Source: an uncultured archaeon
GTDB taxonomy: Archaea > Asgardarchaeota > Thorarchaeia > Thorarchaeales > Thorarchaeaceae
DNA length: 24,000 nucleotides
Assembly (NCBI GenBank): GCA_964558645.1
Contig: CAZLEV010000002.1
Location: 41,193-65,192 of the forward strand
Reading direction: 5' to 3'
Of this stretch, positions 15,857 through 24,000 are shown one piece after another. A program made the translations under genes and the position numbers. Below the pieces are notes generated by a model. It was given only the letters and a program-made list of their open reading frames with translations, did not search any database and was not told the origin of the DNA. Position 1 is the stretch's first letter; each line of letters starts with the position of its first letter.

Positions 15857-16090
15857 CTAGAAAGGCGTTTCCGTGAGCTCATATACTGTCATCCTTCCGT
15901 CTTCAGCATGCCCCTCTTCCTTGACCAGACCCAGATCCTTCAGTCGGCTCAGGCCATAGTTGACCGTTCGAGGGGGCAAGTAGGTTGTGGTGATCAAGTC
16001 CTGCCGCGACATGCGTCGCTCGCGCTTAAGCAGCACGTACAGGAATTTGGCGGAAGGAGGTAGTGACAAGAAAGAGCGACGGGCAAACAC
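15857..16090 (-). CDS. Small winged-helix transcriptional regulator
   Basis: 77 aa: 'PPSAKFLYVLLKRERRMSRQDLITTTYLPPRTVNYGLSRLKDLGLVKEEGHAEDGRMTVYELTE', a typical wHTH pattern with recognition helix and wing. Confidence 0.75.
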   Translation of the reverse strand: MFARRSFLSLPPSAKFLYVLLKRERRMSRQDLITTTYLPPRTVNYGLSRLKDLGLVKEEGHAEDGRMTVYELTETPF

Positions 16091-16188
16091 GATTCCTCCA
16101 TTGAACTGTTGCCATGTCTATAGTAGACCTCCTTAGTTATGTTGCAGATTACCTTACGTTTTTCCATTTAAGGATTGCTTCCTAGGAA

Positions 16189-17535
16189 CTAAGACGGCTT
16201 TCTGAACACCAACACCCACTCGCCGTTCATTCTCTCTGGACGGGGAATCCTGATGAAATGTCTGATGAGGCCAGAGAAGAAGCGCTTCTCCAGCTCGAAC
16301 CCCGCACGTCTAACCGCTATTTCGGAGAGGATATCTTGAGAGGGAATCTCATGACCACGGATGACATTGTTGCCGATTACGACGCAATAGTGCGCATCAG
16401 GCCTCAAGACTCGACGCATCTCAAAGAATTGCTTCTCCATATCTTTGAAGAACTTGTATACGATATAGGATCGTCGGGGGTCAACTTCAAAGATAGCCTC
16501 GAGCAGTCGGTCAAGCGAATCCAGACCAGAAACACGGAGATTCTTGTAGTCCTCTTTGTAGACCGTTTCGGTCCCTATGTACTTCCGTTTCATCTGGGAG
16601 AGAGGACCGTCTGGAACCATGTCTAACCAGTACATCTCCAGCTGGTGGGTTCGCGGATAGTCTACCGCATTGATATAGGGTGGCGAGGTGACTGCAAGGT
16701 CGATAGACCGGCTTTCCAAGCCCGTTTCCGTTGCTGTGCTTCGTGGCAGAGTCGGTGATGGGAGGGCAGCCTCACTGCAGAGTGTCCAGAATTCGCTCAT
16801 TGTATCTATCTGTGCCTCAAGGGCTTCAGAGAACTCTTGCAGCGCTTCTCCAGGACTCATGTTGCGTATTTTCTTCTTGCGAATAACGGTTCGCGTACAA
16901 TGAGGATCGGCATTTGACACGCCACGAACGATTGAGGAGAATACTACTCGAAAGAAGTCGAACAGCCTGCCCTGCTCGTGTGTTTCAATCCCTCCAGCCC
17001 ATAGGTCACGATCTCTGATACACTCTAAGATAAGGCCCAGTTCCCGTAACACGTGAGACTGAAACCATGAATCACGATAGTGGAAATCCGGTATCGGTGG
17101 CCGATGTCCCGAAGCAAATCGCGCGTTCAATTCCTGGCTCAGGCGATCGGTTGCCAAGAAGAGCGTATCCGGGTTCAGAGCTGTTGTCTTGACGCGCGTG
17201 ACGAGACGGGCAATCGGATCAATATCTATACCAATCCCTCTCCTCTGGCCAAGCATAGCCTCCAATACAACCGTTCCGCTGCCACACATGGGATCTAGTA
17301 CTGAATCCATCCGATGGGAATACTTCCTAATCAAATATCGAGGTAACTCGGGGAAGAACTTGGCAGGAAACTTATGGATGCCATGAGTCAGATACGACTG
17401 GTCATTACTGATCACCAGAATGCGTGAACCATCAGGAATCTCGGTCTTCGGATCGATATCACCTTCAATCTCCAATAGACCATCATGTTCACTCGATGAG
17501 TCCTCTCCACAGCACGAGTCCGACGATATATCCAA
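16189..17535 (-). CDS. Solitary amino-group DNA methyltransferase (TSPPY type, N4-cytosine/N6-adenine)
   Basis: Motif I 'MDSVLDPMCGSGTVVLEAMLGQRRGIGIDIDPIA', motif IV 'IDLAVTSPPYINAVDYPRTHQLEMYWL', N-terminal 'THGIHKFPAKFFPELPRYLIRKYS' as in DNA methylases of the N6/N4 family. Confidence 0.85.
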   Translation of the reverse strand: MDISSDSCCGEDSSSEHDGLLEIEGDIDPKTEIPDGSRILVISNDQSYLTHGIHKFPAKFFPELPRYLIRKYSHRMDSVLDPMCGSGTVVLEAMLGQRRGIGIDIDPIARLVTRVKTTALNPDTLFLATDRLSQELNARFASGHRPPIPDFHYRDSWFQSHVLRELGLILECIRDRDLWAGGIETHEQGRLFDFFRVVFSSIVRGVSNADPHCTRTVIRKKKIRNMSPGEALQEFSEALEAQIDTMSEFWTLCSEAALPSPTLPRSTATETGLESRSIDLAVTSPPYINAVDYPRTHQLEMYWLDMVPDGPLSQMKRKYIGTETVYKEDYKNLRVSGLDSLDRLLEAIFEVDPRRSYIVYKFFKDMEKQFFEMRRVLRPDAHYCVVIGNNVIRGHEIPSQDILSEIAVRRAGFELEKRFFSGLIRHFIRIPRPERMNGEWVLVFRKPS

Positions 17536-17742
17536 TGAATGTCAAGCTCCGTGGTCGACAGAGGGCAAAGAACTGCACGCAGTTATTAATCTAGCCGCAC
17601 TGTGGATGCGACCAAGGACTACGTCTTGAAGGACAATTCCTGCAAATACGGCAAACGTCGGAGTATGCATTCAAAAGAATGCATTATAGTTATATTCTCT
17701 TACTCCCTCAACAGACTTGCTCTCAAGAACGGAGTGAATGTA

Positions 17743-18078
17743 ATGGCAAAGAGTCAAGCTACGAAGATTGGTGAGCTGTTATGCCTCATAGGCGGACTCC
17801 TCGGTCTGCTATATGGGATTCTGCAGATATTGGGAATGGGTTTTGCTTTCCTTCCGGGTCTAGGTATAGGGGGTATTCTTGGTGGTCTGATCACCGGTAT
17901 AATCCTCATCATAATCTCTCTTGTTGTCTTGACAACAAGTGGAGTGATCAACATACCTGCTCTGAAATTGGAGAAGAACTGGATAATCATGTTGATTCTG
18001 GGAATCCTCCTCTACGTCTTCGGAGGCGGTCTGCCAGGAGTCTTGGTGATTGTCGGCGCCATCCTGATGCTGCTATAG
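17743..18078 (+). CDS. Small multi-TM membrane protein (glycine-rich, about 4 TM)
   Basis: 'MAKSQATKIGELLCLIGGLLGLLYGILQILGMGFAFLPGLGIGGILGGLITGIILIIISLVVLTTSGVINIPALKLEKNWIIMLILGILLYVFGGGLPGVLVIVGAILMLL'. Start at ATG 17743 within the longer ORF. Confidence 0.75.
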   Translation: MAKSQATKIGELLCLIGGLLGLLYGILQILGMGFAFLPGLGIGGILGGLITGIILIIISLVVLTTSGVINIPALKLEKNWIIMLILGILLYVFGGGLPGVLVIVGAILMLL

Positions 18079-18192
18079 AGAAGCACTGGTCCATACCACT
18101 GAGATAGGCTCACGGTATGGATCCTCTTTCTTTTTCTCTGTCTATCCGGAGTCGGATAGAAGTTGTAACTAACCGTCAAAGGCTTTCTTCTT

Positions 18193-19548
18193 TCAGAGGT
18201 CAGTTGTTGACAGAGCCTTGTCAAGGCGTTCGGCCATATCATCAATCTGCTCTTTCGTAATCACGTAGCTGGGAGTGAACCGTATGCAGTTCTGCCCAGA
18301 ACCGAGGATCCATAGCTTCTGCTTCTGAACCAGATTCTTCACCAGCTTGTTTCGATAATCAACAGCCTTCTCCTTCGTCTTCGGATCCTTAACCAACTCG
18401 ATTCCAACCATCAGGCCCAACCCTCGAACATCGCCAATGACGTCATGCTTCTCTTTCAGTTCGTTTAGCCGTTGCATCAGGTAGTTGCCCATCTCAACAT
18501 TTCTATCGAGATATCCTCCATCTTCTATGTGTTTAAGATGCCAGAGTGCGATGAGAGACATCTTGGGTTCGGCAGAGAAGGTCTCAGAGTGACGAGCAGG
18601 TCCTGTGAACATAGGAGCAGGGCCAATAGAGGCACCCAAGGGATAGCCACCCCCCAACGCCTTCGCTAGTGCCACGTAGTCAGGCGCTATGTCGAAGTTC
18701 TCAATAGCACACCATTTCCCTGTTCGGCCCATTCCGGCCTGTACCTCATCCGATATCAAGTATGCACCAATGTCTTTTGTGACCTCATGGATGCCCTTCA
18801 CGGCCTTCTTCGGGGGCACAATCAACCCACCCTCACCGCATAGTGGTTCCATTACTGTCGCCGCAATGTCATTACCCTCAACTTGGAGCGCGTAACGTAG
18901 AGCCTCTACACACTCTATGTTGCAGTCCTCAACATTCTGTCCATAGGGGCAGCGATAGCAGTAAGGGTAGAACACACGAATCACGTCAACACCCTGAGGG
19001 TAGCCCACTTTGTGCTTGGAATTGGAGGCTGTGACGGCGAGCGCATATCCAGTTCGTCCATGAAACGCGGGACGAAAACCGATGAATCGGCCCTTCTTGC
19101 TCAAGTCCATGGACGACTTCATACAGCCCTCTACGGCACGCCCACCCGATGTTGTGAAAGTCACCCGTTTCGTACTATTGCCGGGCATCAATGAGATAAG
19201 CCTCTCGGCCAGTAGAGTCTGAGGTATGGCATCAAAGTCCATCCCCGGTAGCTCCTTGATGACATCGTTGACCCGTATCTCGAAGTCCATGAAGGGCTTG
19301 TATCGGAGGCCAAGTGCGCGAACCGCCACCCCGCCGGTCATGTCAAGGTACTTTGTGCCCTCTATATCATAGAGATCCAGCCCGTCACCCCTTGTATGAT
19401 CCAGACAGCCGTATATGTCACGTGCTTGAGTAGTGATTGCCAGAGCGTTCGCACCGCGTTCCTTCCAATAATCATTCGTCATCTTGTCTGGGCCAACATC
19501 CATGAAGCCCAATTCTTTCAAAATGTCAAAGTCCTTATCGTCCATCAT
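18193..19548 (-). CDS. Class-III PLP-dependent aminotransferase (4-aminobutyrate/ornithine aminotransferase-like)
   Basis: 'FTTSGGRAVEGCMKSS', 'FRPAFHGRTGYALAVT', 'YLISDEVQAGMGRTGKWCAIENFDIAPDYVALAKALGGGYPLGASIG' (PLP lysine), 'FYPYCYRCPYG' archaeal-type insert. Confidence 0.9.
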   Translation of the reverse strand: MMDDKDFDILKELGFMDVGPDKMTNDYWKERGANALAITTQARDIYGCLDHTRGDGLDLYDIEGTKYLDMTGGVAVRALGLRYKPFMDFEIRVNDVIKELPGMDFDAIPQTLLAERLISLMPGNSTKRVTFTTSGGRAVEGCMKSSMDLSKKGRFIGFRPAFHGRTGYALAVTASNSKHKVGYPQGVDVIRVFYPYCYRCPYGQNVEDCNIECVEALRYALQVEGNDIAATVMEPLCGEGGLIVPPKKAVKGIHEVTKDIGAYLISDEVQAGMGRTGKWCAIENFDIAPDYVALAKALGGGYPLGASIGPAPMFTGPARHSETFSAEPKMSLIALWHLKHIEDGGYLDRNVEMGNYLMQRLNELKEKHDVIGDVRGLGLMVGIELVKDPKTKEKAVDYRNKLVKNLVQKQKLWILGSGQNCIRFTPSYVITKEQIDDMAERLDKALSTTDL

Positions 19549-19676
19549 CTACACAATCCACGAAATCGACACGAGCTGCAAGATGGCACCCCTATTATCT
19601 AATTTGCTATGCCGGCCACCTCAGACAACACTGGAGCCAAGGAACGAGAATCCATTTGACTCAGACAATGCACAGC

Positions 19677-20012
19677 CTAATCGGGCGGATGATAGATACG
19701 ACTCTGCAGAACGGCTCCAAGGACTATGAGTATCGCTCCGATGTGCCCACCAAAGAGCATCATTATGAAACCAATCACAAGAAGAGACTGCCAAGCTCTG
19801 GTTGGTCGGATGAAATCCAAGTGGATACTGCCTCGTGTCCGGAGGACAATCACAGAGAGAATCACCAGTACTAAGCCCTGCAGGATGGATCCCAGGCCGA
19901 GAAAGATCACGCTCAAATCGATATATGGAATACCGAAGCTGACGAACACTCCGAAGTTGAGGAGGAAGAGTGCGCCAATCACTAGATCAATACCTCCTCC
20001 CGTCAGGACCAT
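19677..20012 (-). CDS. Small multi-TM membrane protein, paralogue-like to the 17743..18078 product
   Basis: 'MVLTGGGIDLVIGALFLLNFGVFVSFGIPYIDLSVIFLGLGSILQGLVLVILSVIVLRTRGSIHLDFIRPTRAWQSLLVIGFIMMLFGGHIGAILIVLGAVLQSRIYHPPD'. ORF extends to 20147; ATG at 20012 preferred because it avoids overlap with the next gene. Confidence 0.7.
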   Translation of the reverse strand: MVLTGGGIDLVIGALFLLNFGVFVSFGIPYIDLSVIFLGLGSILQGLVLVILSVIVLRTRGSIHLDFIRPTRAWQSLLVIGFIMMLFGGHIGAILIVLGAVLQSRIYHPPD

Positions 20013-20059
20013 GACTTCACCGATGCGAAGAGCATCATTCTCTGAACTGTTAACCGGAA

Positions 20060-20443
20060 TCACCCACGCGGACTGCTTCTCGTCATTATAAGAAGACCTG
20101 CGATGAGGAACATAAGGCCAGCAAGCATGCCAATATTCTGAAGCCAAGACAGTATGTCAAAGTTAAGCCCTCGGCCAACTATGACAATGGAAAGAAATCC
20201 AAAGAGAGCAAGTAAAGCCCCGCTCCGTCTGATCTTCCAGTAGATGAATCCACATGCGTCTATTCCCAGCAATGCCATAAGCAGCAAGAGAATACCGAGA
20301 ACAGTGTTGATGACTCCATCGAAGCTACCACCCAGAGCCGCGTTGAGTCCCGGAATAAGTAGCTGGAATAGAGCGAACACAATAAGCACTATTGCTCCTA
20401 GCAATGTATATCCTTGTGCAGCACCTTCAGCTTTCGCACCCAT
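20060..20443 (-). CDS. Small multi-TM membrane protein
   Basis: 127 aa with four hydrophobic segments: 'LLGAIVLIVFALFQLLIPGL', 'VINTVLGILLLLMALLGI', 'GALLALFGFLSIVIVG', 'NIGMLAGLMFLIAGLLIM'. Confidence 0.75.
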   Translation of the reverse strand: MGAKAEGAAQGYTLLGAIVLIVFALFQLLIPGLNAALGGSFDGVINTVLGILLLLMALLGIDACGFIYWKIRRSGALLALFGFLSIVIVGRGLNFDILSWLQNIGMLAGLMFLIAGLLIMTRSSPRG

Positions 20444-20605
20444 CGTTTATCTCTCCTGATTTACCCGATATCGAATGAAAGGAAGTCACAGAAGATATAG
20501 TTTCCGAAAGTCTGGCTGTCCAGACCCGTTCATGTGTGAATTACTAGCGTAATACTCGGAGTTGTATTTCCAAAATGCCTGAGTTCATCTGCATTTTACT
20601 CTGAG

Positions 20606-21484
20606 GTGGCCATAACGAAATACGATTCCTACCGCGAAGAGCGAGACAGTGAGCGACCAGTTAGACTCGACAGAACAGAAGGATTCGTGGTAATCGAGGG
20701 AAAGGCCTACCCTGCGAGAGAGCTCGTTGAGGCTCTAGCCCAGAGTGGATATGCCGAACTCAGAGCAAACGGCGACTCGCTTGTCCTTGGTAGAAAGAGG
20801 ATAACGCCCATTTTTAAGTCAAGCCAAGAGAGGGCCATGGCATCGCTGTGTCATGGAAGCCCGGCATATTGTTGTCCCCTTTCAAAACGTTGTGCAGAGC
20901 GGGACCGCGCTCTTGAGGTGCTGAGTCTGACCAAGGAGGATTACGAGCAGCTCAAGAATGGTTCCCACTCCATGTTCATGGACGCATCAAAAGGATTCAG
21001 CCCAACAGGCAGCCAGTGGAATTATGACGTTAACGGGCGTTCCGTGAATAGACCGGCCATCGACACTGGATTTGGCTCTGATGACTACAGGCGCGATTTC
21101 GATACTCTGGACCGCGCACTTCAAGACCGCGACCGCAGAGAACCCTCAAGTGAGAGTCGATATCGAGATGGGCTGAATAGGCAAGAATCACCACGAGCAG
21201 CATCCAGGTACCTTGATCGAGACAGAGAACCAATCAAGGAGGTTCCTTTGGATAGACGCCGATTCGAGGATTATGGAAGAAGTGGGAGCGGTTCATTCGG
21301 TGGCTGCAACCTGAATACAGATGAGTCAGTTGAGGGGTTAGGAGCCCTCTTCACTCAAGGGGAGTTGAGCCCATTCAACGAGGAGATGGAGGGTGAACAA
21401 TCACGACCTTCTTTCTGTTTCTCCTGTGGGCGAACCATAGAGAGGGGGACAGGTAGATGCCCATATTGTGGAGCTTCTCAATAG
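20606..21484 (+). CDS. Hypothetical protein: central Cys cluster, low-complexity Arg/Asp/Ser linker, C-terminal zinc ribbon
   Basis: GTG start. 'MASLCHGSPAYCCPLSKRCAERDRAL' and C-terminal 'FCFSCGRTIERGTGRCPYCGASQ', separated by an R/D/S-rich probably disordered region. Confidence 0.7.
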   Translation: MAITKYDSYREERDSERPVRLDRTEGFVVIEGKAYPARELVEALAQSGYAELRANGDSLVLGRKRITPIFKSSQERAMASLCHGSPAYCCPLSKRCAERDRALEVLSLTKEDYEQLKNGSHSMFMDASKGFSPTGSQWNYDVNGRSVNRPAIDTGFGSDDYRRDFDTLDRALQDRDRREPSSESRYRDGLNRQESPRAASRYLDRDREPIKEVPLDRRRFEDYGRSGSGSFGGCNLNTDESVEGLGALFTQGELSPFNEEMEGEQSRPSFCFSCGRTIERGTGRCPYCGASQ

Positions 21485-22512
21485 TTGCCTATTGCGGCTT
21501 CGCGACGTGTTGAGTAGTCCGCCGGATAGTGGAAGCTTGTTATGAGTCGGCTGATACCTGCATCTTGCGCAATTGCCTTCATCTCCTGCACCTGGCCCAT
21601 CTCACTGACTCCCCATCTGAATAGTGACACATGTCCTCCGCGTCGCTCGAACTCCTTGACAAAATACAGTGACTCAACGAGCTCCGAGTACTCCTTGCTC
21701 CCTTTGCCGGGAAGAAGCGGGGACCAGGGATAGAGGTTGATCAGCAGGTTTCCCGTGATATCGTTGATTCGAGAATAGTCATAGCCATACTCGTTCTTCC
21801 CTCCTTCTGCAAGGCCTGTTTCAGGATCCATCAGAATCTCAACGGTAATCCTCAGGGGGTTCTCTCGTCCAACCATTTCATCGGCATCTCTTGCGGCGTC
21901 CTGTAAGTATGTGATGCCCTGCATTACTTTGTCTGTTCTCCAGCTGTGCCACTTGCTGTGATAGTCAGGATTCTCAATGATATACTGATAGCTCAATCGT
22001 TCAGGTTCCTGATTCACCATGGGCGCAAATTCATTCCTGCAGCGGTCACAGAAGCAGAACTGATCTCTTATGAAACCGGTGCCGAACAAGAGAATCTCGT
22101 TGACTGGATATGACCCCATCTCCTTCACAATTTCTGCGCCATACTGCCAGAACTCTTCTCGGTTAGGGCAGATCTGATGGCTCATTGCGTTCCCCCGTGC
22201 ATTGACGGTCTGATATTTCGGGTCACGACCGAACCAAGCATCTGTGTAGAAGTCCATACTCAAAGCGGAATTCAGTTCGAGAGCGTCCGCAAGAGTGACC
22301 CAGTCGTCGAAGAACTTGGAATGTTCCTCATCGACGGGTGCAGTTCTGCTTGGATATATCGTATGTCCATCTGGGCGCTTGCCCACAAGCCCCGCCCCCT
22401 GCATATAAGAGGCGAACGTGGACATGAACTCCTTGGCTTCCATCTCTACATCTTCAGGTCGAAACACGACGAGTAGATCACTCATCAAGAATTCTCTATA
22501 GTTCAGCTTCAT
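21478..22512 (-). CDS. TIM-barrel/glycoside-hydrolase-like hypothetical protein
   Basis: 'CPNREEFWQYGAEIVKEMGSYPVNEILLFGTGFIRDQFCFCDRCRNEF', 'LRITVEILMDPETGLAEGGKNEYGYDYSRINDITGNLLINLYPWSPL', 'FERRGGHVSLFRWGVSEMGQVQEMKAIAQDAGISRLITSFHYPA'. ORF starts at 22530; Met at 22512 is a possible start. Confidence 0.55.
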   Translation of the reverse strand: MKLNYREFLMSDLLVVFRPEDVEMEAKEFMSTFASYMQGAGLVGKRPDGHTIYPSRTAPVDEEHSKFFDDWVTLADALELNSALSMDFYTDAWFGRDPKYQTVNARGNAMSHQICPNREEFWQYGAEIVKEMGSYPVNEILLFGTGFIRDQFCFCDRCRNEFAPMVNQEPERLSYQYIIENPDYHSKWHSWRTDKVMQGITYLQDAARDADEMVGRENPLRITVEILMDPETGLAEGGKNEYGYDYSRINDITGNLLINLYPWSPLLPGKGSKEYSELVESLYFVKEFERRGGHVSLFRWGVSEMGQVQEMKAIAQDAGISRLITSFHYPADYSTRREAAIGNY

Positions 22513-22632
22513 CTTTGAATCCCCGGGCACCGGAATATCACATTCGGTTATGGCTCAGATTGTCACAAGGTCTGGAGTGGGCTATAAGAATTTCTTAGTC
22601 GGACTGTTTCCAGAATGAAAGGCTCAAGGAGG

Positions 22633-24000
22633 CTAAAAGAACTGGTCAAGTGTGGTGAATCCCATGAGTTCTTCGAAGTCTATACCAACAGAATCCAGCA
22701 CCTGACCGAATACCGATCTCAACGTATCAATGTACTTGTCCTTGTCAATGAAATAGGTTCCCTCCTCGGCCAATTCAACGGGAAGGACGCCCTCGGGACC
22801 CTTAGTCTTGATGTATTCAACAATAGTTCCCGACGGCACCTCATAGCCTGCATCACGAAGCTGGATTGCAGCGCGGACATGCTGTGGTGTCGTCTTACCA
22901 TATTGTGCTATCTCCTTGGTCATCTGAACCCGGAAGGCCAGGTCTTCTGGGCTATACGGTTCAGTCTTCCCTTCAAGCCTATCAAGAACAACATTGACAA
23001 TCTCACGAATCTCGTCTTTTGCTGCTTTGAATCCCTCTCTGTTGTCAACACGGCTCAAAACATCGAGCATCTCTCTGAAGGCGTCTTGCACAAAGTCGGG
23101 AGTGTTACGTTTCTTTCCACTGAGACCCTTGACCTCAACATAACCCGAGTCGTAGACCCCGATGTAGTTCTTCTTTCGATCGGAGAGTGCAACATACTTG
23201 TAGGTCTTCTCTACCTCGAGATCTATACCCAGTTCATCTTGAGACCATTTGACAAGCTCAGCTTGTTGTTCAGAGGTCGGATTGTCCAGAAACACGGAGT
23301 CGGTGTCGCCATAGAGGACCCGAACGCCCATGGACTCTGCTTTCTCTTTCGTCCTGATAATTGCGTGTCGTCCATAAGCTGTGACGCTCTCGGCAGCGGG
23401 CATACAGAACAGCTCGAAATGCTGAGCTCCTGTGACCCCGTAGCTGTTGTGCACTACAATTCCATTGGTTGACACAAAGAGTCCATTTCCTGTTTCAAGG
23501 TCGTAAGTCTGCTCAGGGTCAGCTCTCCTCTCTATCGAGCGGATTCTCACGGTACGAGTGCCGTTGAAGTCAATCAATCCTCGCCCCGTTCGCTGGTACT
23601 TCAGCCCCTTCGTTTCGACAACACGATAGATAGATTCATCGCGATGCACGGATGCATGTCTTCCCAATGCTCCGAGGAGATACAGAATATCATGAGCCAG
23701 TTGCTTGCTAGAAGTGGTATATCGCCTATTACCACGGACATTGATGTTCCCATCACCCTTGAAGAACGATTCAAGGACAACTCGCGCTCTTCTTTCATCA
23801 AGCAGTCGAAGGGGAATGGATTTGCTCTTTGAGTAACTGCCACAAAGGTGCTCCATGATTGCTGCGAGTGTCTTCGAGTGAATGACATGGTCTTTCTTCG
23901 AATAGACGGCAAAGGGTAGGTCCATCCGTTGCAAGAGTGACCCAATCTCATTGAAGTAGACTGGATTGACTTCCTGATACTGTGAAATGGATACCCGATT
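22633..24000 (-). CDS. polB: Family-B DNA polymerase, C-terminal part, interrupted by an intein and 5' truncated by the window edge
   Basis: Open reading frame continues from 23934 to the window end (NRVSISQYQEVNPVYFNEIGSLLQRMDL...). After the intein: 'SYGVTGAQHFELFCMPAAESVTAYGRHAI' (motif B end), 'VLYGDTDSVFLDN' (motif C), 'YKYVALSDRKKNYIGVYDSGYVEVKGLSGKKRNTPDFVQ', ending 'GIDFEELMGFTTLDQFF'. Confidence 0.92.
   Translation of the reverse strand, partial: NRVSISQYQEVNPVYFNEIGSLLQRMDLPFAVYSKKDHVIHSKTLAAIMEHLCGSYSKSKSIPLRLLDERRARVVLESFFKGDGNINVRGNRRYTTSSKQLAHDILYLLGALGRHASVHRDESIYRVVETKGLKYQRTGRGLIDFNGTRTVRIRSIERRADPEQTYDLETGNGLFVSTNGIVVHNSYGVTGAQHFELFCMPAAESVTAYGRHAIIRTKEKAESMGVRVLYGDTDSVFLDNPTSEQQAELVKWSQDELGIDLEVEKTYKYVALSDRKKNYIGVYDSGYVEVKGLSGKKRNTPDFVQDAFREMLDVLSRVDNREGFKAAKDEIREIVNVVLDRLEGKTEPYSPEDLAFRVQMTKEIAQYGKTTPQHVRAAIQLRDAGYEVPSGTIVEYIKTKGPEGVLPVELAEEGTYFIDKDKYIDTLRSVFGQVLDSVGIDFEELMGFTTLDQFF
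23446..24000 (-). mobile_element. C-terminal portion of a LAGLIDADG (DOD)-type intein inserted in PolB motif B; N-terminal part lies outside the window
   Basis: LAGLIDADG-like 'RARVVLESFFKGDGNINVRGNRRYTTSSKQLAHDILYLLGALG'; splicing block F/G 'EQTYDLETGNGLFVSTNGIVVHN|S' with the extein resuming at Ser (23445-23443). Confidence 0.9.

Noticed and set aside
13617-17535. A restriction-modification or defence island made of the putative nuclease (13617..14312) and the DNA methyltransferase (16189..17535)
   Set aside because: The two are separated by aspS and a regulator, lie on opposite strands, and the nuclease assignment is weak. I do not claim a system.
22615-23472. Long + strand ORF (285 aa) antisense to polB
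   Set aside because: The opposite frame encodes unmistakable PolB motifs (YGDTDS, KKNYIGVYD); the antisense product has no recognisable features.
1-24000. CRISPR arrays, IS elements, tRNA/rRNA genes
   Set aside because: No periodic repeats, transposase motifs, terminal inverted repeats or GTTCRA-type T-loop signatures were recognised by eye. An Infernal/tRNAscan-SE run would be needed to exclude them fully.

Overview
The window looks like an archaeal chromosomal segment, most likely Asgard and possibly Thorarchaeota-like; the lineage is inferred from gene content only. Its centrepiece is a compact eukaryote-like ESCRT locus at about 8.1-13.2 kb. That locus holds (i) a multidomain protein with an N-terminal Cys-rich zinc-finger region, a GRAM/GLUE-like (PH-fold) segment and a C-terminal segment resembling the Vps23 steadiness box, (ii) an ESCRT-III (Vps2/24/46-like) protein, (iii) a MIT-AAA Vps4 ATPase, (iv) a Vps25-like ESCRT-II subunit and (v) a Vps22/36-like (EAP30) ESCRT-II subunit. 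Flanking genes are: a Trm11-like methyltransferase (5' truncated), a possible longin-like protein, TFB, ArgRS, a TldE/TldD pair, a Cys-rich mini-protein, a putative nuclease-like wHTH protein, AspRS, a small wHTH regulator, a solitary TSPPY DNA methyltransferase, three small multi-TM proteins around a class-III aminotransferase, a zinc-ribbon protein of unknown function, a TIM-barrel/glycoside-hydrolase-like protein, and the C-terminal part of a family-B DNA polymerase interrupted by a LAGLIDADG-type intein that runs off the window. I found no tRNA, rRNA, CRISPR array or transposon that I can support.
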